Assembly (NCBI RefSeq): GCF_006345805.1
Contig: NC_042998.1
Coordinates: 157,976,001-158,040,000 of the forward strand
DNA length: 64,000 nucleotides
Origin: Octopus sinensis
Lineage: Eukaryota
Direction of reading: 5' to 3'
Part shown: positions 12,950 through 25,537 of the stretch, one piece after another
Layout of the letters: the number at the start of each line of letters is the position of its first letter
How positions within the stretch are numbered: position 1 is the stretch's first letter
Program-made: the position numbers and the translations under genes
Notes under the pieces: model-generated
Database searches by the model: none
Seen by the model: the letters and a program-made list of their open reading frames with translations, nothing else
What the model was told of the DNA's origin: nothing

Positions 12950-13945
12950 GAATCTAGTGATAACCAACAGGGTGATAGCATTTAGCTAAGAGAAATGCCT
13001 TTATCACCATCAAAGATCAGAAGCCGAACATCGCCTCGAACCTCAAGTGCCGCCTGAGTAACCGAGCTAAATCGGGAATTTGGTTGGCGAGCAAGCATAA
13101 TCTGAGAAAGACTAATAATGACATAAAGAGAGCATCTAGTCTCTCCTTATCTCGTATACAAACGAGATTATTTCATAGTTTAAAGCAAACCGGTGTATAG
13201 GCAGGGCAAGGTTCACCCAATTTGATATAATAGATTTTTATCCGTCTATATCGAACGGATAACTAGTTTGATAGGGAATTTACTCACGATAGCGATAAAG
13301 ATATAGATGTAATTTTACAGGTTAGGAAAATTTTGCCGTTCAATAAAGGTTCGGCATGGTCCAAATAAACTATCCCAATAGGCTTCTTTGATGTGGCGAT
13401 GCGAGCATTCGACAGCGCGGATATCTGTGACCTCATAGAATTATATATACTGGAGGCATTAATGAAGAGGTTCCATCATATTTTTGGTCTATACAGAGAT
13501 GAGACTTTAGCCATCTCTAGAGGTGCAAACGAGTACACCATAGATAGGCTTAAGAAAGATCTTATTCGCACGTTTATCTTCCTGCTCTTAATGTTACAAT
13601 TGAGACCACTCTTACCATAGTTAACTTTTTACTTGTTACGCTAGATTCTTGTACTTCTTCATACAGACCCTACAGCAAACCAAATATCTGTTATGTTTAA
13701 GGGCCTAGTGAAGGGTATTAGTAAGAGGATTTCGAAAAAACAAAGAACTTTTTAGTGCTGCAGCCACCTACTACAACGAGGTTTTGGCAACCATTTTTCT
13801 CACCCAACGTCAAGACCTGCGTGAGAAGGATATTCCTCAGAGTAGTGGACAAGAATTTCAAGCAATCCCACAGGTAATGACTTTTATTCAATAGACACAA
13901 CTTAAGGGTATCTTTCAGTTGTGCGCCTGCTGGTAACGAGCCTGT
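12950..13945 (+). pseudogene. Penelope-like element reverse transcriptase relic (marine-invertebrate type)
   Basis: Pieced translation: NAFITIKD-KPN...KCRL-N-AKS-I...FTQFDIIDFYPSIS...FFDVAM-AFDSADICDLI-LYIL...FGLYRDETLAI (YRDD variant)...VNFL-VTLD...YRPYSKPN...KRIS..NKELFSAAATYYNE...FSPNVKT...FNRHNLRVSFSC. Confidence 0.8.
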
Positions 13946-16900
13946 CAGCTCTCTGCCTTGAATGTTTCTAATAATCAAAATATATTTACATTGTTGACAT
14001 CTAGAATTGAGATTTAGAAGACGAAATGTTTTATAGTGAATTTTGTTTTCTCTTTCCGACAGCAAGCCAACTATTCTACTCATGAAGTGTGAAGCTTTTT
14101 ATCAATTTATAACTCTTAGTAGAGTTAGTGTGCTGTGGAAAATAAACTATATTTCGTAATGGGAGTTAGTTCAGTCCCAACATTTCCGGACTCAATACTC
14201 CTGATAAGCAGCAGTGTTATATTTACATGATAGGATTCTGTTTTGTTTCTTCTTCTCACATTTTCGTTCCTTGTCAAAATCTTTGAAATATTCATTGTAT
14301 CATAATTTCTTGCTTCTTTTATTCTTCTAAATACAATTTTGCTAATTTGAATTATATTCCATTATCAAGATACATCACAAATTTTGAATGCAAAATATTT
14401 GATATTACATCATCATGACAATATAAATTCGTGAATAATAATTAAGTGTAATAGATAATTTAAGCAAATATTCTAGAAAAATTTGTATCAAATAACTGTT
14501 ATACAATTTATATTCTGAAAAATGTCGTGTTGAGACAGAGACAAAGAAAAAAGATTTTACTCTAATATGAGATTGATAAAGTATAAATTATTAGATATGG
14601 TCAAATATTACTCTTACAAGTTATTCGAAAGTCAAACTATATTTGGTGCACTCTGTATTTTAACCACCGCAAGTCAACTTATACGTAATATAAGGAAAGT
14701 AGAGTTTTTCTTCATGTGAGTTTTATTTCATGTGAGTCAAGCATAAATCGCTTATTCACCTGAAATTGCAACATATTTATCATACAAACCAACAAGGTGT
14801 CATCTACACGGTTGCTTAACATGACAAAACTATCCGCTAAATACCTTTAATAACTTGACATATTACAATTAGAGGACACATCCAGCAATGTAGTCTTAAA
14901 CACATACAAAGCATTAGCTGACCAAGGTCAGAATGATTTTTCTTTTAGATGTCATGCGTTTCGATCAGATCTAATCTGGAATCAAATTACAATCAATACT
15001 CATACATATTTATTAGCAAACCATCCTCAGAAACATCATCATGATTGCTGTCGTCGTCGCCATCATCATCGTCGTCGTCATCATCATCATCCCTAATATT
15101 ATTAGCAGGATCGGTATCAGGTGATCAATCAGAGCATGGACGGTGTGAAGAGTGTGTATATAGTCATATAAAATAATTTCACGAGATGTCAATTAAAATA
15201 GAGTCTCTTCTGTTGTTTTGAGAATACACAAAGACAATGGTATTATTTTGTTGGAAGGTGTTTATCATTCATATGTACTGTGATTGTTAGCATATGCGTT
15301 TGTTTTTTTATTACGTGGTTGTTGTAAATACTATGTAGTCTATGTGCTGTAACACAAATGAGTACAACTACGGAGAATGTGAGCTGTTGGTGTAATAGTG
15401 TCTGTTATCGATTATGTAAGGCTATATTGTGCTATTTTATTGGGTGCCTATTGTGTTTAGTATATTTTAAATTATATTTCTAGTCATGATTCTATACAAT
15501 GTGTACTGTTTGGGGTATTTTATCTGTATTGGGTTGTTAGTATAGAGTATGTGTACATTTTATAATGTTAAATATTTGCTATTATTTTAAACAAGTCTTG
15601 CACAGGAAAAGTAAAGTATTAACCGGGCTGTCGTTTGAAATAGGTATAACTTGTGAGACCTGATATGATTTTTATCTTTTTGTTCACTTTCTACTTTATC
15701 ATATATAATAATCCAATTGCTATTGGCATTGATTTCACATTCATTCTCCCCATCTTGCTTATGTCAAGACTATTAAAGTTTCACAAGTGTTTCGCTAGCT
15801 TTTTGCATGCAATATTTTGGTAAAAATGGATCGATATGTCTATGAGATTTCAGATACTTCTGTGAAAGTCGTTCATAATATGTGGATAGTTTTCCTTGAT
15901 CATTTTGCCAAGCAACGGTAGGACATGGTTGTCATAGACGCATGTTGCTCAATACAACTGCAATTAAGAACTGATCGTGATAGTGCATACAAGACTGTTA
16001 ACGTTAAAAGCCTATGCACTTTTGAAGAAAATACCAGGAATATAGTCTACATACTTTGATAAATTAGTTCAAACAATTGTCTAGCACTCTTAAGCAAATT
16101 CAATTAGAAATGGGCAAGTGTGTGCGTTTATGTGTGTGTGTGTTTGTATGTGTGTGCATGCGCACCTGCGCGTTTCTTTGTGTGCATGTGCATGGATACA
16201 TAGGTATAAATATATTCGAACGAAACTCATCAATGTATAAAATTGAAGATGATATTTGCCCCATACTCGCAACATATAGTATTCGCAAAACTAATTGCAA
16301 ATAATATTTAAAAACTCTCATCCCTCAGAGTTGATCTTTAGAATACTTATAACTGAGTAAACAGATTGTTTACATCTGCATGTTAAATACATACAGATCA
16401 GAGTTAGTAATCAACAATGTTTATTTTTGTCTGTATTGACGTTATTATTAGAGTAATGTTCGAAGATGGATGATGTTTCGTGTTAAATTATTATCTTTGT
16501 CGTATTTATTGTTTTATTTTCATCTAAATACTGATTCTCGGTAATAATCACTTATTCAACAAAAACAGTCATCATTCTTTCTCGTTTATAGTTTCGGGCC
16601 TGAGCATCTTAAGTTCAAGACACGACATGGCAAAATATTTGACTGTGAATATAGTAATGCAATTTCAGAAGATATTCCCAATAATATTTGCATGATTATT
16701 GTTTAATCCCTGTACAGCATTGATCTAAAAGACCTCTGAATAAATCTTGATAGCTGTAGATGTCCAATATTTTGTCCGGCATAGTTTATCAAGGCGTATA
16801 TTCGCCTATGTTCTTCCTCCTTTTAACCCAGCACGGTGTAAGACTACAGAGAATTTGCTTGCTGGGGGACTAATCACGAAGAAATTCTTCTGTGAACTAG

Positions 16901-16946
16901 TTAGAAATATTGGTAAAAGTGTTACCAATATTCTTTTCTTTTGGTT

Positions 16947-17125
16947 ATATACATACATACATACATACATACATACATACATACATACATACATACATAC
17001 ACACACACATACATACATACATACATTCACACATACATGCATACAGACACATACATACATACATACATACTACATACATACATACATACATACATACATA
17101 CATACATACATACATACATACATAC
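16947..17125. repeat. (TACA)n array directly 5' of an R4/Dong fragment
   Basis: Visible directly. Confidence 0.95.
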
Positions 17126-18035
17126 AAAACAGGTGAATATTAGTACATGAGGCTGAGATTTTACAGAAAATTTCTAATATGTGTATGAGAGGTTAGGTTG
17201 ATATACGAAATTGGTTTGCTATAGCAGAAACAATTCTTGTAGCCAAAAATGAAAACAACTAGTTGGCAGAAAACTATCACTCCATTTCTTGCCCAAACCT
17301 TAAGTACAAGCTGTACACAAGATGCTGCAACTAATTCCTCCAGGATCATTGCGAGTGCAACAACGTAGTGATTGATGAACATGTAAGAAGAAAGAAGGGA
17401 ATGTGGGGATGTGCCGAACAACATTTGATGAACAAAGCTACAATATGTGAAGTGAAAAAATACCGTAGGGAACTTTTGACGTTATGGCTTGATTATAGGA
17501 AAGCATTCAACTCTGTTCCTCACCCATGGCTGCTGAAGTGTCTACATTTGGCGAAAGTGCTTGTCACCTTAATTGCTGTCATCGAGAGGCTCACAAAGAC
17601 GTGGTAAACAATTCTTACGCTTAGAGCTGAGAGCAGAACGATCGTTACCAATGTTATAAATAGTTTAAAGGGGATATTCCAAGAAGATAGTATTTCTGTA
17701 ATCCTGTTAATTTTGGCATTAAACCCATTATCATAACAGCTACACAAATCATAGCGAGATGCTATGGTCTGCAACTGCTAGAGATATCACTGTAACTCAC
17801 TTTTTTTGTAAATGACCTCAAGATTGATGCTAAACATGCTAATAATGCCAAAAGCAGCTGGAATTAATAACATTTTCAGCTGACATGGGAATGGAATTTG
17901 GCCAAAATCGTTGTTAATATTGATTTTTGAACGGAGGAAATCAGTCTCTCAGACCCAAACTTTATGCATCAATGGTCTTACTGTCTCTCCTTACCACACA
18001 AAGAATGCTACAAGTATCTGTGCATTGAGGAAAAC
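17126..18035 (+). mobile_element. R4/Dong-clade LINE RT relic, part 1 (interrupted by Gypsy)
   Basis: WFA-AETILVAK...NYHSISC-N--YKLYT...KKGMWGCAEQHLMNK...WLDYRKAFNSVPHPWLLKCL...KGIFQEDS-SVIL-ILALNPLS...FVNDLK...YKYL-IEEN. These are typical R4/Dong RT motifs. Confidence 0.85.
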
Positions 18036-18237
18036 TGCTGTAATCCTTTATGTGGGATTGCTGTAACGCCCACTCCGGTGTAGCAGTATAGTTATTAGAC
18101 ACGTAAGACCACGACTATCTATGGCGGTCTACTACGTACTTTCTCTTGACACTGACCGATGTCACCTTATTTATAGCGACTAGTATATACCACACGTCAC
18201 GTGGGAGGGGTGTACCATCAATACTATTATTCCCACA
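18036..18237 (-). repeat. 3' LTR of the Gypsy element
   Basis: Direct repeat of 21402-21589 (about 90% by eye, with a few indels), adjacent to the PPT. Confidence 0.92.
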
Positions 18238-21200
18238 TCTCCCCTTTTAATTTTAAAGTTTTTCTTAGGGAGTGTCATTTTATTTCCTTTATTCGCAATA
18301 CTTTTTATATCACCCCGCCTCCATTTTTTAGTTTTTTTCTTAGTTACGCATTTAATATTTTTTCCGTTTGGCAACCACTTTCAGGAACTCCGTACAGTTT
18401 CTTTTTCTTAGACTTATGCGCCTGGGTCCAATTACCTGTAGTGTCATTGGTACTTGAAAAGTATATAACCATTCCATTGATTCTTCCATTCTCTTGGGTT
18501 CGCTCTCAACGAATCTTTTTTTCAGTTGTGTCTCTTATACACGCCTTTGTGTCTCTTATACACGCATTTTTCCTATGCGTTTAGTAATCATGCTATCTTC
18601 TCAACTCTGTTTACCGTTCTTATATGCCCTCACAACTACCTTTACACCAATTTTGCAAAATCTTGCTGTATCTTTCCTTGCAATTCTTCTTTTCTTGCCA
18701 GGTAGCAATTTGTTGAAGGCTGATTTTACTTTCTTCGCAAACATCAGCTCCGCTGGTTACATACCCGCTGGTGTATTTGGATTTGGTGTCACACGGTATA
18801 CTCTTAAAAATTGTTGTATAGCTATCTCACCCATGACTTCCTTATTCAACTTTCTAAGGGCTATTTTGAGCGTATCGACAAATCGTACTGCTTGTCTGTT
18901 AGATCTGGGATGAAATGGCGCCGTAGTTATATGTTCTACTGCAAACATTTTATACAGATTTTTAAATTCAAAAGACACAAATTGCATTTCATTGGCAGAC
19001 ACTAGGATGCCAAATCTCGCAAACAGCTCATTTAAAAAAATTTGTCACAGTTGAGGAGGCTGGTTTTTTACCACTTACAAATTTTTGGCCATCTGGAAAA
19101 ACTCTCATCTACCGTTAAGTAGTATGAACCGTCTAAAGGGACCAGGGAAATCGATGTGTAGTCTCGTCCACGGAACATCTACTTTTGGCCAATGTTTACA
19201 TTTTATCGTGAGTAATTCTGCTGTTAGAGCACATCCTCTACAGCCTTTCAGTAAATTTTCAATTTCCCAATCCATTTTTGGCTAGTACACGTAGTTATGC
19301 ATTTAAGCTTTTATACCAGGATGTCCAACATGAAATTCCCTCAACGTTTTCTTTTGTACTGTTTCACTACTCTCTATCCATACATCAGCGCGCCATGACA
19401 AATTGTGTATAGGTTCACGTCTTGGTTTCATTTCGCACCAACCCTATTCCTACTTACTTTTCTTGACAATAGTATTCGTTCCCCTTCAGTTATGAATTTG
19501 TCCTTTACCACATTCCGTTTTATGTCTTCTAGAGTTATTGGTAATTCGCGTATCACATTCTACATTGCGTTTTTATTTCTCTTTTTGATCTTAAAGCTAC
19601 GATTACTGTATCTTCAACTGGTTCACAGTTTTCGGTATCAGTATGGACAACCCTTCCGCATGCCCTAATTTTTTGACGGTAAATATTCCATTTTGTGGTC
19701 GTAATTCAATAATGTAGTGCCTCATCGCTGTAGTCTATTTGACGTGTGTGCTGGTATTCTGTTTTAGAACCGTATATTAACAGTAGTGGATGATGATCCG
19801 TTTGTAGACAGAAAATTCTTCCATGAATAAATCTATGGAATTTTTCACACCGAATATGATTGATAACAATTCCTTTTCTTACTATAGCTGGTAATAACGA
19901 TCGTGACGCATGGGCTATAGCCTTTTTACTACAATCGTCATATTTGTGCAGAATCAGCTCTTACACCGTAATCACTTGTATCTGTATCCAATATAATAAT
20001 CAACTTTGGATCAAATGTGCTAACGATAAGTCCGATGTTAAAATGCCTTCTAAAACCCTTCAACTTGACCGAATATATATTCCCACACAAAACACTTATA
20101 GGCGCATCCACAATTTGGATAGTTACATCCACTCTGTGTCGAATAGATTAAGTGAATTTTTTAGCTCATATATTTTTTCCGTTTTCATTTGATCAAAAAA
20201 TGTTACATTACACACAAATTCGCTGACACAATACAATCTTTTGCACGTAACGCCATGTGCGACTTTTGTAGATTTAATTAATTTCGGCTTAACGATATAT
20301 TTCCAAGTGTTTTCATTTACAAAGGTAATGTCACTTCTAGTATCTAATTGCATTTTTAATCTTCTATTTTTAATTTTCAGATTTACAAATTTCCTCTTTG
20401 CTATATTACCATTTTATTTCGATCTTATCTTGTTCATTCGTTTTTCCTTTGTTCCACCTTTTTGTATTCTTGGTTTTACAGTTCGTTTTTACGTGTCCAA
20501 TTTTACTACAACGGAAGCATTCCGCTTTCTTAAATGTAGAGTTTTTCCTCAGGTGTAGACCTCCACATGCAAAACATGAACTTGTTTCCTGATTCTTGTC
20601 CTGTTTGTGATGTATTTTAGTACACACTTCATTCTTATTCTGTCTATTTCGTACTTGTTTCTCTTGGGAGCAATCTTTATGTTCAATTTTCTTTGTGTCG
20701 AGTCTTAAATTTACTATTCTTTCACATTCTTCTGATACTTTTGTAAGGCTACCGATTGGTTTTGTTCCAGCTTAGCGAGAAATCTTGTTCTTCCGTGCCT
20801 TTCTCTGCAGTTAGCTCCTGAATAAATATCAGGCACTTGAACATATCTCGCGTTATTTCGTTCAAACATTGCCAACGTGTATTGAACATCGAGATTTTCT
20901 CACTAAAAATGTATGTAATATGTTTAATGTATCATTAAAGTTTATATTAAATGGCTTTTTCGGTAGTACCTAATTGCTGTGACGCTCATGCTGCCAGTTT
21001 TCTTGAGATTAAACGCGTTTTCATATCGTCATCCCAATCTTTGCACTCTTTATCGAAGATTTGTTCGTATCTTCTATAGTAAGCCTGCAAGGTAACTCTT
21101 TCTTTTGGTTCGTACTTAAACTCTGTTATCAACATAATCTGGCGAGAATATTTTTTCAGCATTTACTGACGACTTACTATTCATTAATTCAGCATTTATT

Positions 21201-21401
21201 ACTTGTAATAGCAATTGTTGTTGTTGTTGATTCTGCTGTTGCTCTTGCAGTGCAGCTGCCGCTGTTGTTCTTTTAGTTATTGTTGTTGCAGTTCTTGTAA
21301 TTCGAGCAAACCGGCCAACAAATCTTCCATAATTTTACGATTTTTTTCCCGTAAAATTTATCATAAATAAACTTGTGAGTTTGTTAATTCCTCGTCGACA
21401 C

Positions 21402-21589
21402 TGTTGTAATCTTTATGTCGGATTGTTGTAACGCCCATTCTGGTATAGCAGTATTAGACACGTAAGACCACGACTATCTATGACCGTTTACTACGTCTTT
21501 ACACAGACCGATGTCACCTTATTTATAGCGACTAGCATGCACCACTCGTCACGTGGGAGGGGTGTACCATTATTACTATAATCCCCACA
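21402..21589 (-). repeat. 5' LTR of the Gypsy element
   Basis: Direct repeat of 18036-18237, adjacent to the PBS-like motif. Confidence 0.92.
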
Positions 21590-21955
21590 ACAAACACGTA
21601 TTATACAAAGGTACACAGTAATCCGAGAATATCATGCCAGACTTACAAAATATATGGCAGTCGAAAGTCTTCTCTTACAGCAAGATGCATTTGCAGTACC
21701 AGTTCTTATTTCAGCATTTGAGATACTTGATTGGTGTGTAGAATTAATCCACTCCACAGACATTAAAACGTGCAAGATTCTAACATCAACTGGAAATCGC
21801 CACAAGATTAGACCGTACCTGAGAAAAAATGAAGACGGTAGAGGCTTGAGATCAGTGCACACAGACATTGAATATCTCACAGTTACTCTCAGAGAGTGAA
21901 TTAACAAAAGCTCTTCACTCTATTTTTGTCTCCTTGGAGAAAACTCCTTTGGCTG
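21590..21955 (+). mobile_element. R4/Dong LINE relic, part 2 (continuation after Gypsy)
   Basis: Resumes after YKYL-IEEN with ...REYHARLTK-WQS...DAFAVPVLISAFEILDWC...DIKTCKILTSTGN-H...YLRKNEDGRGLRSV. Confidence 0.85.
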
Positions 21956-21959
21956 CGAT

Positions 21960-22870
21960 AGTCTAGCTTCTGAATTTTAAGAAGCCATGCAACCACTCTC
22001 TAAGATTCACAGCTACGTTGAGTCTCTAAAGCTTGTGACATATCATCCCTGATAAACCTTATCAAACGCCTTTGCAAAATCGAGATATATTAGCATCTAG
22101 GTTTCAGCGATTCAGTAAGTGTTTTAACAACTACTCATAATGCAGCAAAAGTTGTATATGGCAGCTTCCTCCTGAGCGGAAGCCATGCTGGGTGATATAG
22201 AGCAATTCATTATCTTCAAGTAACGCAATCAGTTGCTTCCTAACAATGCGTTCCATGTCTTTCCTGACATAGTAGATTAGAGACAGGTCTATAATTTTTA
22301 GCATCTGCTCTGCTACCTTCCTTATGCTTTCCTGTAACTTTTGGGAAGTCTCAGTCGCTAGGAACCTCTGAAGGAGAATCTGAAGTGGTGTTGCAAATTT
22401 GTATTTCTTTGTGAGGTATTCTGAGAATCTATCAGGGCCTGTGGCCGAGTTTGAACTCATTTCATCAATGACTGGTATTACATCTGTTTCCTCTATTTTG
22501 ATGCAATCAATAATTGCCATTTTTTGCTGTAGAGTTGTAGTGCCGAAGAATTCATCAGGCATAGGTACTTGCATGTGTCCCAATGGAGGGGTGAAAGCGC
22601 TCTTGTATTGCACATTCAGTTTTTCACAGATCGTCTTGGTTCTACAGTTGGCGAGCCATTTTCTTCGAACTATGGCCCTATCTTGTACCGTAGTGAAGCA
22701 GACTCTTTTGCGTATCTATTTTTGACATCCCTGGCTTCTTTTACTGCCCTCTCCTTTTCATTCGAGTGTTTGAGTGCATTTTCGATCTCGAACAATGTTT
22801 GTTTTGAGATAGGATCGTTTGTTATCCTTTATTGCCCCATGCAAATGGTCTGAGATTATCTACAATCTAA
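21960..22870 (-). mobile_element. CR1-like LINE fragment (linker and RT N-terminal motifs)
   Basis: KAFYRYAK...IGP...NSATGPD-F...MERIVRKQLIALLEDNELLYITQHGFRSGGSC-IQLL-HY...YLDFAKAFDKV. Confidence 0.8.
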
Positions 22871-22916
22871 AGATGGCGCTGTGTAACTTTATCAGAATAA
22901 CTAAAAGCAGAAGAGA

Positions 22917-22920
22917 ACAT

Positions 22921-22979
<59 letters not shown>

Positions 22980-23091
22980 TACATACATACATACATACTA
23001 CATACATACATACATACATACGTACGTACATACATAACATACATACATACATACATACATACATACATACATACATACATACATACATACA
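22917..23091. repeat. (TACA)n/(CA)n array directly 5' of the second R4/Dong fragment
   Basis: Visible directly. Confidence 0.95.
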
Positions 23092-23099
23092 AAATAAAT

Positions 23100-23782
23100 G
23101 TTGCTATATAGTCGTGAAATGAGGGAAAGCTCTAAACCATACTAGCAACATCTCCATCAATGACTTGACTGTTTCCCGTTTATTTGATGAGAAATGTTAC
23201 AAATATCTTGGGGTGGATGAAAACATATCTTACAATGGTACCTGTAACAAAACACGTGTCACTAAAGAATATTACAAACGAATACAGAAAATTTGGTCCT
23301 CGGAACTCTCTGCATTCAATAAAATGGTTACTCTATCCAGATTACAAGTTCAGATTTAAATCTATGTTTATTGGATCACAGGGATACATAACATACTGCT
23401 TCAAAATCAATCTTGTGAAATTGGGCTTCTCAAAACCAGAAGCGAGAAAGCTGATTCGGAGACCAAACATCACTAGAACTGTAAAAATCTGTTAAAACTT
23501 TTCAGAAGTTTATCATTAAAGTATATGTGAGCATGTCTAGATATGAAACTACATGCATGAGAATACATACATTAAATAAAACATACAAATCTGCACATAT
23601 ACACACATACATATATACATACATAAATACATACATACATACATACATACATACATACATACAAATAAACAAAAATACTCTGTTGATGTTGTTGGAATTC
23701 CAATGATGCCGCCTTGGATCTAATTTAGAAACTGGCTCATTTTCTACTGGCAATAAATCTTGAAATGAAACTGAATAATAAT
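23100..23782 (+). mobile_element. Internally deleted R4/Dong copy: RT thumb fragment fused to the C-terminal end and 3' UTR
   Basis: KCYKYLGVDENISYNGTCNKTRVTKEYYKRIQKIWSSELSAFNK jumps to LYPDYKFRF...KLGFSKPEARKLIRR...TVKIC. The 3' UTR, including a TACA array, is homologous to the inverse of 24078-24560. Confidence 0.8.
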
Positions 23783-24015
23783 AGATAGATAGATAGATAG
23801 ATAGGAATGTAGGTAGGTAGATAGGTAGGTAGGTAGGCAGGCAGACAGGTAGGCAGGCAGGCATGTAGGTAGGTAGGTAGATACGTAGGTAGGTAGTTAG
23901 GTAGGCAGGTAGGTTGATAGGTAGGTAGGTAGGTAGATAGATAGGTAGGTAGGTAGGTAGGTAGGTAGGTAGGTAGGTAGGAAGGTAGATGGACAAACGG
24001 ACAGACGGATGGATG
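23783..24015. repeat. (GATA)n/(GGTA)n/(GGCA)n compound tetranucleotide array
   Basis: Visible directly. Confidence 0.95.
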
Positions 24016-24077
24016 GAGGTACATTACATATTTTCTAATACAATCATGCATACGTATTACATATGTATGTATGGATG

Positions 24078-25445
24078 TCATTATTCAGTTTATTTCAAAT
24101 TTTCTTGCCACTAGAGAAAGAAACGGTTTCTAACCTAGATTCAAGGTTTCTTCATTAAAATTTCAACATAAACAACAGGGTATTTTTGTTTGTATGTATG
24201 TATGTATGTATGTATGTATGTATGTATGTATGTATGTATGTATGTATGTAGTATGTATGTATGTATGTATGTATGTATGAATCTGTGTGTGTGTATGTGT
24301 ATGTATGTATGTATATTTGTATGTATGTGCTGATTTGTATGTTTTATGTATATATTCCACTGTATATAGTTACATATTTAGACATGATCATATACATTTA
24401 AATGATAAACTCCTGGAAAGTTTTACAGATTTTTAAAGTACTAGTGATGGATTGGATTTGTAGTCTTCGAATTAGCTTTCTCCTTTCTGGTTTTGAGAAG
24501 TCTAATTTCTCAAGATTGGTATTTAGGCAGTGTGTTAAATATTCTAGGACCCAATAATTACAGTTATAAACCTGAAGTTGAGTAACTGCAGATTTCTCAA
24601 TAGTTCAGCATTGGTGTTCTAATTTTCACTGATCTTCAACTTTATGTTAACATCCGCTGGGCTGCTAATTTCCACAATTGTGCATAGTTTCTGTTCTCTA
24701 TCCCAAATCATTATATCAGGTCTGTTGTGCTAACATTTTATTGAGGTCTTCACTGGTACATTCCACAGTATTCTGTTTTTCTTAGCATCCGCTGGGCAGC
24801 TAATTTCAACAATTGTGCATAGTTTCTTTTCTCTATCCCAAATCATTATATCAGGTCTGTTGTGCCTACATTTTATTGAGGTTTTCACTGGTACATTCCA
24901 CCAGTATTCCTTTTTCTTGTGAGTGGCTATGGGTTCTACCATATTGTGTATTTATATTTATTTGTCCACGGTATTATCCTTCCGACAGACTTCATTATAG
25001 AGTATCCTAGCTACAACGTCATGTCTCATCGGTAGATTATACCGTGATGACATTTTTGGATAACTGCTTATGATGTAGGTGATATCTTCAGTGTGAACTC
25101 CACAAACTATGCATCGGTTGTCATACGTTACGGCTTTACCTGCATCTCTATCCCTTTTGTGCATCAGCTACTTGGTTGATATCTCCTGTTCCTGGATTGC
25201 AAACATATACCCTTCAAGTGGAAGGTAGTAATCTGGCTATTTTTCCATGATAAACTGCTTTGATGATCGATGTGACTATCATCGCGGAGCTTCTACTAAC
25301 ATATCCATGCATAGTCTTCTGCTCATACAGGCTCATCCTTTCATCTGATGATACGTTGTGGTAGAGCCGTGCGACTCCTTTGGGTATGTATTCTAGGTTA
25401 TCAGACAAAGTGTGTTGCTCAAGGAGCTGCCTTCTAACCTTTATG
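24078..25445 (-). mobile_element. R4/Dong LINE 3' portion: Cys/His knuckle, restriction-like endonuclease and 3' UTR
   Basis: CIVCGVHTEDITYIISSYP (degenerate CCHC), RHDVVARILYN, YWWNVPVKT...NRPDIMIWDREKKLCTIVEISCPAD (PD-D/E motif), ...LEKLDFSKPERRKLIRRLQIQSI-STLKICKTF. Confidence 0.88.
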
Positions 25446-25449
25446 ATGC

Positions 25450-25537
25450 TGTGTATGTACGTACGTATGTATGTATGTATGTATGTATGTATGTATGTAT
25501 GTATGTATGTATGTATGTATGTATGTATGTATGTATA
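25450..25537. repeat. (TATG)n array at the 5' truncation point of the minus-strand R4/Dong copy
   Basis: Visible directly. Confidence 0.95.

Larger units (their letters stand above)
18036..21589 (-). mobile_element. Gypsy/Ty3 (Mag-like) LTR retrotransposon, about 3.55 kb, RT core deleted
   Basis: Paired TG...CA LTRs at 18036-18237 and 21402-21589; PBS-like gtgtcgacgagga; PPT aaaaggggaga. Gag with two Cys knuckles (CFACGGLHLR, CFRCSKIGHVKTNC), protease QLDTRSDITF, RNase H FDPKL-I-L-TD-SDYG, integrase HPG--RM and TTAPFHPRSNRQAVRFVDTLK. Imperfect TSD aaaac/caaac. Confidence 0.92.

Noticed and set aside
13718-14083. 121-aa minus-strand ORF
   Set aside because: Antisense shadow of the plus-strand Penelope-like relic.
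18528-18566. Tandem tgtctcttatacac, a 14-nt match to the Tn5/Nextera mosaic end
   Set aside because: Lies in the Gypsy integrase C-terminal region, where V(Y/W)KRH-NQL-KR is expected coding sequence. The flanking bases differ from the adapter (CTGTCTCTTATACACATCT), so a local 21-bp duplication is more likely than adapter contamination.
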